Shown here: in pieces, positions 41,489-48,603 of the stretch
Layout of the letters: each line of letters opens with the position of its first letter
How positions within the stretch are numbered: the first letter of the stretch is position 1
From: Rhodospirillales bacterium
GTDB lineage: Bacteria > Pseudomonadota > Alphaproteobacteria > Acetobacterales > Acetobacteraceae
Length of the DNA: 52,936 bases
Assembly (NCBI GenBank): GCA_031420655.1
Contig: JANONC010000363.1
Coordinates: 1-52,936, forward strand
Direction: 5' to 3'
The notes under the pieces: model-generated
The model's database searches: none
The model's input: only the letters and a program-made list of their open reading frames with translations
What the model was told of the DNA's origin: nothing
Program-made: the position numbers and the translations under genes

Positions 41489-41500
41489 CCCCCACCCGCC

Positions 41501-41507
41501 AAAGGAG
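41501..41507 (+). promoter_or_regulatory. Shine-Dalgarno for the DUF3467-like gene
   Basis: AAAGGAG lies 6 nt upstream of ATG 41514 and 12 nt after the giant-gene stop. Confidence 0.7.
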
Positions 41508-41513
41508 CCAAAA

Positions 41514-41789
41514 ATGAGCGATGACCCTGCCGCCGCGCAGCAGAAGCTGCGGTTTGACACGACCGGTATCAAAAGCAGCTACTGCAACGTCTGCAACGCG
41601 ACCAGCACCCGCGAAGAGGTTGTGCTGAATTTCGGGCTTAATAAGACGTGGGACGTGGCCGGTGCCGACCTGCAAGTGCAGTTGGAACACCGCATCATTT
41701 TAAGTCCATTTGCCGCCAAACGCCTGCAGCAACTGCTGACACAACTGATGACGGAGCATGAGGCGCGGTACGGACAACTAAACCAGTAA
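41514..41789 (+). CDS. DUF3467-like small protein (91 aa)
   Basis: Internal ATG of ORF 41397..41789, with a strong SD. The sequence MSDDPAAAQQKLRFDTTGIKSSYCNVCNATSTREEVVLNFGLN...HRIILSPFAAKRLQQLLTQLMTEHEARYG resembles the DUF3467 family pattern (Y.N......s..E.vL.Fg, then a C-terminal helix). The assignment is from memory. Confidence 0.75.
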   Translation: MSDDPAAAQQKLRFDTTGIKSSYCNVCNATSTREEVVLNFGLNKTWDVAGADLQVQLEHRIILSPFAAKRLQQLLTQLMTEHEARYGQLNQ

Positions 41790-41802
41790 CGAGGGCAGCA
41801 CC

Positions 41803-43638
41803 ATGGATAACACGAGGCTGGAAACCGGCATCAAAACCGCAGATCTGTGGGCGGAGTTTGCGGTTGCTGATGGGATGGACGCGCTGTGCCGGTCCTGGTT
41901 ATCGCTTTATTGCCGGAACCTCACGCACCTGTCCCGGGCGATGCTCGTTGTTTCCCGCCCCGGCGGACCGTTCCAGCCGCTGGCCGTGTGGCCCTCGTCA
42001 CTGACGGACCTGACCGGGTTACAGGGTGTAGTAGAACGCTGCATCCGCACTGGCGAGCCGGAAGTGGAACCGCAGGAGACCGGCGCGGGCACGCACGTGG
42101 CGTACCCATTCCTGGCAGACGGTCAGGTCGTGGCCGGCGCTGTCGTGCTGGATTTGGGCCCGGGCGCGGCCACCGGCCTGGCGCAGCTCTTGCGCGACCT
42201 GCACTGGGGCATGGGCTGGCTGGAAGCGCAGTCCGTCCGTGACCGTATGGCCCGCGAGCACCTACGCACCGCGAACCTATCCGCCGCTTTGGATCTAGTC
42301 GCGCTGGCCAACGAGCATGACCGCGCGGATGGCATGGCGATCGCGATTGCCAACGAACTGGCAGCCCGGCTCGGCGCGTCCCGCGTGGCGATCGGGCTGA
42401 GTGGGCCCAAGGGTGCTCGGCTACTCGCGCTGTCGCACACGGCCTGGTTCAAGCGCAACACTGCCCTGGCCCTTAGCCTGTGTTCGGCGATGGACGAGGC
42501 CATCGACCAGCGCGCCCCGGTCCGGCTACCGCCCGCCGCCGGGGAGCCGGTCCGCATTCAAGTGGCGCATGAGGCATTGCGAGGGTCGCTTTCGGGCGAT
42601 GGCGCGATCCTAACCGTGCCGATGCTGACGGAGCATGGGCCGGTGGGGGCCATCACCGTGCTGCATCCCGGCACACTGACCGTGGCGCAAGCGCGGCTGG
42701 TGGAGGCGGTTGCAGCCCTGCTCGGCCCCGGGGTGCACGCCAAGCAACGGGCGCGCCGCTGGCTATCCGGACGGTTGGTGGACGGAGCCGCGGGTGCCGC
42801 CGCCGCCCTCGCTGGCCCGCGGCATTTGGCGTGGAAATTCGTTGGTATTTCGGCGCTGGTGTCCGTCACGGCGTCGCTGATCGTACCCATGCCGTTCCGG
42901 GTTTCGGCCAAAGCGGTGCTGGAAGGGGAGATACAGCGCGTCGTGGCGGCCCCGTTCGAGGGCTTTATTGCCACCGCCCCGGCCCATGCGGGTGACGTGG
43001 TGGCGGAAGGCACCGTTCTCGCCACGTTGGACGACAATGACCTTCGACTAGACGCCGTAAAGTGGCAATCCGAGCATGACCGGCTGACGCTCAAGCTACG
43101 GGAGGCGTTAGCCAAGCATGACCCGGCCAGCGCCGGGCAGCTGGACGCGCAGTTGCGCCAGACGCAGGCGCAGGCCCGGCTGACGGCGGCCAAGCTCGCG
43201 CGGTCGGTCATTACCGCGCCGATGGCGGGTGTGGTCGTGTCGGGCGATCTATCGCACTCGATTGGCGCGCCGGTCGAAACGGGTAAGGTGCTGTTTGAGG
43301 TCGCACCACTCGACCGCTACCGCGTCGTGGTGCGGGTGGATGAACGCGACCTGCGGTTCGTGCAGCCCGGGCAGGGCGGCACGATGCTGCTGTATGGCCT
43401 GACCAGCGCGGCGCTGCCGTTCGTGGTGCAGCGCGTCACCCCGGTCGCGCAGGTCGATGGCGGGCGCAATACCTTTCGGATCGAAGGCGCATTGGCGGAC
43501 GGCGCGGCGCTCGATAGCCTGCGGCCCGGTATGGAGGGGATCGGTAAGATTGAAATCGGCGAGCGGTCCGTGGCCGCCGTGTGGACGCGCAGCCTGGTGG
43601 ACTGGGTGCGCAACACCGCCTGGGCCTGGACCCCCTGA
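41803..43638 (+). CDS. GAF-GAF-TM-HlyD family periplasmic adaptor (membrane fusion protein)
   Basis: 611-aa ORF starting 13 nt after the previous stop. There are two GAF-like segments (about aa 10-150 and 165-325) and one hydrophobic helix (WKFVGISALVSVTASLIVPMPF). The C-terminal HlyD pattern reads VAAPFEGFIATAPAHAGDVVAEGTVLATLDD...coiled coil...ITAPMAGVVVS...GKVLFEVAPLDRYRVVVRVDERDL. Confidence 0.85.
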   Translation: MDNTRLETGIKTADLWAEFAVADGMDALCRSWLSLYCRNLTHLSRAMLVVSRPGGPFQPLAVWPSSLTDLTGLQGVVERCIRTGEPEVEPQETGAGTHVAYPFLADGQVVAGAVVLDLGPGAATGLAQLLRDLHWGMGWLEAQSVRDRMAREHLRTANLSAALDLVALANEHDRADGMAIAIANELAARLGASRVAIGLSGPKGARLLALSHTAWFKRNTALALSLCSAMDEAIDQRAPVRLPPAAGEPVRIQVAHEALRGSLSGDGAILTVPMLTEHGPVGAITVLHPGTLTVAQARLVEAVAALLGPGVHAKQRARRWLSGRLVDGAAGAAAALAGPRHLAWKFVGISALVSVTASLIVPMPFRVSAKAVLEGEIQRVVAAPFEGFIATAPAHAGDVVAEGTVLATLDDNDLRLDAVKWQSEHDRLTLKLREALAKHDPASAGQLDAQLRQTQAQARLTAAKLARSVITAPMAGVVVSGDLSHSIGAPVETGKVLFEVAPLDRYRVVVRVDERDLRFVQPGQGGTMLLYGLTSAALPFVVQRVTPVAQVDGGRNTFRIEGALADGAALDSLRPGMEGIGKIEIGERSVAAVWTRSLVDWVRNTAWAWTP

Positions 43639-43640
43639 TC

Positions 43641-45791
43641 GTGACGGAAACGTTCTTCGCCCAGAACTGGTACCGGGTCGCAGCGCTGCGGCCGCGCTTG
43701 GCTGCGCATGTTGTGGTCGAGCGGCACCGCTATGGCGGGCTACCCTGGTACGTGTTGCTGGACCGGCTATCGGGCCGGGTGCACCGCATGTCGCCTGCCT
43801 CGTTCCTGTTCGCCGTGCGCCTCGATGGCGTCCGTACGGTGGACGAGGTGTGGCAACAAACGGCGGCCGAACTGGACGATGACGCGCCGGGGCAACCGGC
43901 CGTGCTGCAGATACTCATGCAGTTACACGCAGCCGATTTGCTGTCCGGTGATATGCCGCCCGATGCGGCGGAACTGCTGTCGCGGCGCGACCGGATGGGC
44001 CGGCAGCTGCTGACGCGCAACCTGCGCTCGCCCATGTCGATACAGGTGCCGCTGTTTGACCCCGACCGGTTTCTGAGCGGGACGCTGCGTGTGGTGCAGC
44101 CGCTGCTGGGCCCGGTGGGCGGCGTGCTGTGGCTGCTGCTGGTCGTGGCTGGGGCGGTGACGGCGGGACAGCATTGGGACGAGCTGACGGGCAATCTGCT
44201 GGACCGGCTGCTGGGCACTCAGGGCCTGCTGGCTATGGCGCTCTGCTACCCGGTCCTGAAAATATTGCATGAACTCGGCCATGGCTGGATGGCCAAGCGC
44301 TTCGGCTGCGAAGTGCGGGAGATGGGCGTCATGCTGCTCGTGATGATCCCGGTGCCGTATGTGGACGCCAGCGCGTCGGCGGCGCTACGCAATAAATGGC
44401 AGCGGGCCGCGGTGGCGTTCGCAGGCATCGCGGTCGAACTCGGCCTGGCCGCCGCCGCAACGCTGGTGTGGGCCGCGGCCGAGCCGGGCTTGCTGCGCGC
44501 GGTGGCATTCAACGTCATGGTCATCGGCAGTCTCTCGACCCTCGTGGTCAACGGCAATCCGTTGCTGCGCTTTGATGGCTATTACGTGCTGTCAGACGTG
44601 CTGGAGGTTCCAAACCTTGCCCAGCGCGGCAGCCAGTTCTGGGGCTATGTGCTGAACCGCTTTGTCCTAGGTGTGCCGAACCTGCGGCCTTCTTCCGCAA
44701 CCATGCGGGAGCGGTTCATATTTGCGCTCTATACCCCGGCGGCCCTGGCCTATCGCCTATCGGTTTCCGCCGGGATCGCACTCTATGTCGCCACACATTA
44801 CTTTATTTTGGGCGTGGCGCTGGCGGTGGTCATGCTAGCGACGACTGTCGCGTGGCCCGTGCTGCGGACAATAGGGCGGATCGTGGCGTCGCCGCTTTAT
44901 GCACGCTGCCGTGCCCGCGCGACTGGGCTGACGTTTGCCGGGATCGCCGCGGTGGTGCTGCCGCTAGCGCTGGTGCCGGCCCCCCTGCACAGTACCGGGG
45001 ACGGCGTCGTGTGGCTGCCGCGGGAGGCGTTCGTGCGCGCTGGGGCGGACGGGTTCGTGCAGTCCGTCACCGCAGCAGGCGCGCAAGTGCCGGCGGGTGC
45101 CCTGCTGGTCGCGTTGGCCTATCCCTTGGCGGACGCGCGGCTGGAGGTCGAGCGGGCGCGGGTGGACGAGCTGCGCGCGAAGTACGAGACGGAGTGGGTG
45201 ACGGATCGGATCGCCGCTGCAGTTACAGGGTTCGAGCTGTCGCAGCAGGAGGCCGTCTTGAACCGCGAGCAGCAGCGGCAAGCGCGCATGACGGTCACGG
45301 CTGGCACGAGCGGCGCATTCAGTCCCATCCGGCCCACCGGCGATCTGGAAGGGCGATTCGTTAAAGAGGGAGAGGTGCTGGGCTACGTCGTCCCACCCGG
45401 CGGCGAGCTGGTCCGGGTACTCGTGCCGCAGGTGGATATCGCACTGATGCAGGAGCGGCTCGTGCGGGTCAGCATCTTGTTGCCCGATAGCCGGACCACC
45501 GTCGCCTCCAGCGTTCTGCGCGCCGTGCCCGGCGGCGATAGCGACCTGCCGAGCGAGGCGCTGGCGGCCAGCAATGGCGGCTCCATCGTGACCGACCCGC
45601 GGGATACAAAGACGATGCGCGCCTTTGAGCGGCATTTCCAGTTCGACTTGTCCCTCCCCGCGACAGCCGCGGTGCGCGCCGCCGGACTTGGGTCGAAGGT
45701 GTTGGTCCGCTTCGATTATGCGTGGGAGCCGGTGGCAAGCATGGTGTATCGCCGAGTGCGCCAGGGATTGCTTGGCCGTTTTAACACGTGA
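43641..45791 (+). CDS. PqqD-like / S2P (peptidase M50-like) / HlyD-like fusion membrane protein
   Basis: ORF 43581..45791. GTG 43641 lies 2 nt after the upstream stop, and TETFFAQNWYRVAALRPRL looks like the family N-terminus (ATG 43581 is the alternative). The PqqD-like segment is YVLLDRLSGRVHRMSPASFLFAVRLDGVRTVDEVWQQTAAEL. HELGH is at 44268-44282. The second S2P motif is NGNPLLRFDGYYVLSD (about 44549-44590). There are several hydrophobic helices. The C-terminus carries a lipoyl/coiled-coil/barrel HlyD-like part (ARLEVERARVDELRAKYE...RFVKEGEVLGYVVP). Confidence 0.85.
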   Translation: MTETFFAQNWYRVAALRPRLAAHVVVERHRYGGLPWYVLLDRLSGRVHRMSPASFLFAVRLDGVRTVDEVWQQTAAELDDDAPGQPAVLQILMQLHAADLLSGDMPPDAAELLSRRDRMGRQLLTRNLRSPMSIQVPLFDPDRFLSGTLRVVQPLLGPVGGVLWLLLVVAGAVTAGQHWDELTGNLLDRLLGTQGLLAMALCYPVLKILHELGHGWMAKRFGCEVREMGVMLLVMIPVPYVDASASAALRNKWQRAAVAFAGIAVELGLAAAATLVWAAAEPGLLRAVAFNVMVIGSLSTLVVNGNPLLRFDGYYVLSDVLEVPNLAQRGSQFWGYVLNRFVLGVPNLRPSSATMRERFIFALYTPAALAYRLSVSAGIALYVATHYFILGVALAVVMLATTVAWPVLRTIGRIVASPLYARCRARATGLTFAGIAAVVLPLALVPAPLHSTGDGVVWLPREAFVRAGADGFVQSVTAAGAQVPAGALLVALAYPLADARLEVERARVDELRAKYETEWVTDRIAAAVTGFELSQQEAVLNREQQRQARMTVTAGTSGAFSPIRPTGDLEGRFVKEGEVLGYVVPPGGELVRVLVPQVDIALMQERLVRVSILLPDSRTTVASSVLRAVPGGDSDLPSEALAASNGGSIVTDPRDTKTMRAFERHFQFDLSLPATAAVRAAGLGSKVLVRFDYAWEPVASMVYRRVRQGLLGRFNT

Positions 45792-45809
45792 GCGCGATCC
45801 GCTCCTTGC

Positions 45810-47792
45810 CTACTCTGTACCGGTGAAGCCCATTCCGCGGTCGGTTTCCTCGTCCTGCTGCATTTGCTGGCGGCGCTGCTGGGCGTTCATGCGGCTTGCG
45901 GTGCGCTGCGCATGATGGCGCAACAGGGCCAGGCCGCCGGGCAGCTTTCCGGCGGAAGCAGCAAGGCGGGGTGCGAAGCGGTGGAACAGTTCGTCATCCC
46001 GGGCCACGATGCTTTCGCACGATCCCGGGTCGCCCTGGCGTCCGGCGCGGCCGAACAGCTGGCGGTCGATGCGGCCGCTATCGTGATAACCGGTCAGGAT
46101 GACATGCAGCCCGCCCGCGGCCGCCACGCCGGGGCCGAGCGTAATATCCGTCCCGCGGCCAGCCATGTTGGTCGCGACCGTGATCCGGCCTGCCTGACCG
46201 GCGGCGGCCACGATAGTCGCCTCATTCACGTCTTGCCGGGCGTTCAGTACGACATGCGGTAGCCCACGCTCTGCCAGCACTGCGGAGAGCGACTCCGATG
46301 CCTCGACCGACTGGGTACCGGCTAGCACGGGTTGACCTGCGCACGAGACCTGCGCCACCCGCGCTGCGACCGCCTGCCATTTCGCCGCAGCATCGGGCAG
46401 CAACATCCCTCCCAGATTGCGGCGCTGCACCGGGCGATGGGTGGGCATGTGGACGGTACGCAGCCCATAGACGCCCTGCAACTCCCCCGCGACCTCCCGC
46501 GCCGTGCCAGACATGCCGCTCAGATGCAGATAGCGGTTGAAAAAGCGCTGGTAGGTGATGCGGGCCAGGGTCACACGCCGCCCAGTGAGGGTCACGCCCT
46601 CTTTCGCCTCCACCATCTGGTGCAATCCTTCTTCCCAGCTGCGGTCCGGCATGACACGCCCGGTATATTCATCGACGATCTGAACCGACCCATCGGCGAC
46701 GATGTAGTGCCGGTCGCGGGCGAACAGATGCAGCGCGGTCAGCGCCTGGGCGATCAGCGTTTCCCGCGCAGGGCGGATGCGGAACAGGCCGAGCATATTC
46801 TGGCCGAGCAGCGCTACCTTCTCCTGCCCCCGGGTGGTCAACCGCACGACGTCCGCCGCGGCGTCTATCAGGAAGTCGTCGCCCAGCGCCAGCCGCCGCC
46901 CGATCTCGAGCGCCCGTCCGGCAATCTCCTCCGCGCCTTGGTCGGGCCGGTCGGCGGAGATGATGAGCGGCGTGCGAGCCTCGTCGATCAGCACGCTGTC
47001 GGCCTCATCGACGATCGCCGCATGCAGGCCGCGCAGGACCAGCCCGCCTGCGCCGGACGTACCGACAAGCGACGCAACGGCCTGCCGCGCCTGGCCCTTG
47101 CCGCCGGTCGTCGCGATTCGGTCCTTCAGGTAGTCGAACACCAGTTCCTTGTTGGAAACATAGACGATATCGGCGGCGTAAGCCTGGTGGCGCAACGCCG
47201 GCTCATCTCCTTCGACGACAACGCCCACCGTCAATCCCAGCGCCTCACAGACAGGACGCAACCGCTCCGCATCGCGGCTGGCGAGGTAGTCGTTTACCGT
47301 CACGACGTGGACGGGCTTGCCGGCCAGGGCGAGGTAGATGGCGGGCAGCAGCGCGGTGATGGTCTTGCCCTCACCGGTCGCCATTTCGACAATGCGGCGG
47401 CTGGTGAGGGCACGTCCGCCGAGCAGCTGGACCGGGTAGTAGCGCAGGCCGAGGTGGCGCTCGACGGCGGTTGCCACCAGGCCGAACACCTGCGTGCGCC
47501 GGGCGCCGGGGTCTTTCAGCAGCGCCGTGCGCAGCGCCGCCGCACTGGCCAGCAGCGCGGGTCCGCTGTGGCCGCTGACAGACGCAGCCTCCCGCGCAAC
47601 GTCAAGGGCAAATTCGGCTGCGCCTGTCAGCCGTCCGGTAAGCGCCGCCCGCCACTGGCCGACCATGGTCGCTACGCGGCGGTCGAACGCATTGCCCGGT
47701 CGTATAAAGCGCTCGGCATAGGGGGCCACGGCATAGCGACGCATGATATTTTCTTGCCACGCCGCAGGACGAAGGTCTAGCAGATACGTCAT
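45810..47792 (-). CDS. truncated SecA-like ATPase paralog (DEAD motor plus preprotein cross-linking region only)
   Basis: YYPVQLLGGRALTSRRIVEMATGEGKTITA (Walker A codons at 47361-47384), HVVTVNDYLASRD, IVDEADSVLIDEARTPLIIS, VATNMAGRGTDI, GRAGRQGDPGS. The protein ends about 60 aa after the last motif. An alternative start is ATG 47744 (MRRYAVAPYAER). Confidence 0.85.
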   Translation of the reverse strand: MTYLLDLRPAAWQENIMRRYAVAPYAERFIRPGNAFDRRVATMVGQWRAALTGRLTGAAEFALDVAREAASVSGHSGPALLASAAALRTALLKDPGARRTQVFGLVATAVERHLGLRYYPVQLLGGRALTSRRIVEMATGEGKTITALLPAIYLALAGKPVHVVTVNDYLASRDAERLRPVCEALGLTVGVVVEGDEPALRHQAYAADIVYVSNKELVFDYLKDRIATTGGKGQARQAVASLVGTSGAGGLVLRGLHAAIVDEADSVLIDEARTPLIISADRPDQGAEEIAGRALEIGRRLALGDDFLIDAAADVVRLTTRGQEKVALLGQNMLGLFRIRPARETLIAQALTALHLFARDRHYIVADGSVQIVDEYTGRVMPDRSWEEGLHQMVEAKEGVTLTGRRVTLARITYQRFFNRYLHLSGMSGTAREVAGELQGVYGLRTVHMPTHRPVQRRNLGGMLLPDAAAKWQAVAARVAQVSCAGQPVLAGTQSVEASESLSAVLAERGLPHVVLNARQDVNEATIVAAAGQAGRITVATNMAGRGTDITLGPGVAAAGGLHVILTGYHDSGRIDRQLFGRAGRQGDPGSCESIVARDDELFHRFAPRLAASAGKLPGGLALLRHHAQRTASRMNAQQRRQQMQQDEETDRGMGFTGTE

Positions 47793-48588
47793 GATCTACC
47801 GCAGTCTTGGTATAATTGTACTGCTCGCTGGGCCTGCTCATGCGGGGGAGTACGCCTGCTTGATCGAGCCGAAGCAGGTGCTGAAGCTCGCTGCACCCGT
47901 GCAGGGCGTAGTGGCCGCCGTAGAGGTTGATCGCGGGGACCGGGTACGGAAGGGCCAGGTGCTGGCGCGGCTGGATTCCGATGTGGAGGAGGCTAACGCG
48001 CTGATCGCCCAAGTGCGTGCGGCCAATGACACCGCGATCCGGTCCGGGCGCGCCCGGCTCGATTTCCTGCGCCGCAAACAGTCGCGCAACGATCAGCTCC
48101 GAACGACCGACGCGGTTAGTTTTGCCCAAGCGGACGAAGCAGCGTCTGACGCGCGCGTGGCCGAAGCGCAGTTGCGGGAGGCGGAGCTGAACGTAGCGCA
48201 GGCGCGTCTGGAGGCGAAGCGGTCCGAGGGATTACTGCAGCAGCGCCGGGTGGTAAGCCCGATCGATGGCGTGGTCACGGAGCGCTCGCTGGGGCCGGGC
48301 GAGTTTCGCAACGACCAAGCGACCATTCTGACGATTGCCGAGATTAATCCACTACGGGTTGAAACCTTTTTGCCGATCGCGGTGTACGGCCAGGTCAAGG
48401 TTGGGGACAAAGCGGTGGTGGTGCCCGAAGCGCCAGTGGGCGGCAGCTACGCCGCGACGGTCACGGTCGTGAATGCCGTGTTCGACGCGGCCAGCGGCAC
48501 GATCGGGGTGCGGCTGGAGCTACCAAACCCCGACCTGCTGTTGCCAGCGGGTATACATTGTCGGGTCCGTTTTTCGGCGGTGCCCTGA
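47791..48588 (+). CDS. small periplasmic adaptor (HlyD/RND-MFP family) with signal peptide
   Basis: MIYRSLGIIVLLAGPAHA/GEY signal. Then KLAAPVQGVVAAVEVDRGDRVRKGQVLARLD, a coiled coil, VVSPIDGVVTERSLGPGE and PLRVETFLP. The longest ORF starts at 47743. Confidence 0.8.
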   Translation: MIYRSLGIIVLLAGPAHAGEYACLIEPKQVLKLAAPVQGVVAAVEVDRGDRVRKGQVLARLDSDVEEANALIAQVRAANDTAIRSGRARLDFLRRKQSRNDQLRTTDAVSFAQADEAASDARVAEAQLREAELNVAQARLEAKRSEGLLQQRRVVSPIDGVVTERSLGPGEFRNDQATILTIAEINPLRVETFLPIAVYGQVKVGDKAVVVPEAPVGGSYAATVTVVNAVFDAASGTIGVRLELPNPDLLLPAGIHCRVRFSAVP

Positions 48589-48603
48589 AGCGCGAAAGGC
48601 GCT
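48589..48603 (+). terminator. weak hairpin immediately after the adaptor gene stop
   Basis: AGCGC-GAAAG-GCGCT, a 5-bp stem with no following U-tract. Confidence 0.2.

Noticed and set aside
1703-41488. Canonical type I secretion substrate (RTX adhesin)
   Set aside because: I looked for GGxGxD nonapeptide repeats and found none. Nor did I find a LapG-type retention module, an adjacent ABC transporter or a TolC gene. A cryptic C-terminal T1SS signal cannot be excluded from sequence alone.
1725-41511. Dozens of 60-530-aa ORFs in other frames and on the minus strand inside the giant gene (for example 12311..13429 -, 31163..32329 -, 32311..33549 -, 35066..36649 -, 40825..41511 -)
   Set aside because: They are Arg/Ala/Gly/Pro-rich, low-complexity translations typical of off-frame reading in high-GC DNA. 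None has a recognisable family or plausible start context. All are fully embedded in a frame that carries clear domain signatures.
43581-43640. ATG 43581 as the start of the M50 fusion gene (58-nt overlap with the GAF-MFP gene)
   Set aside because: It is not excluded. However, GTG 43641 follows the upstream stop by 2 nt, and the family-like N-terminus (FFAQNWYRVAALRPRL) begins there. The extra 20 codons look like read-through of the upstream gene's 3' end in another frame.
46332-47780. 482-aa plus-strand ORF antisense to the SecA-like gene
   Set aside because: The minus-strand frame carries unmistakable SecA motifs. The plus-strand product is an Arg/Gly/Pro-rich artefact.
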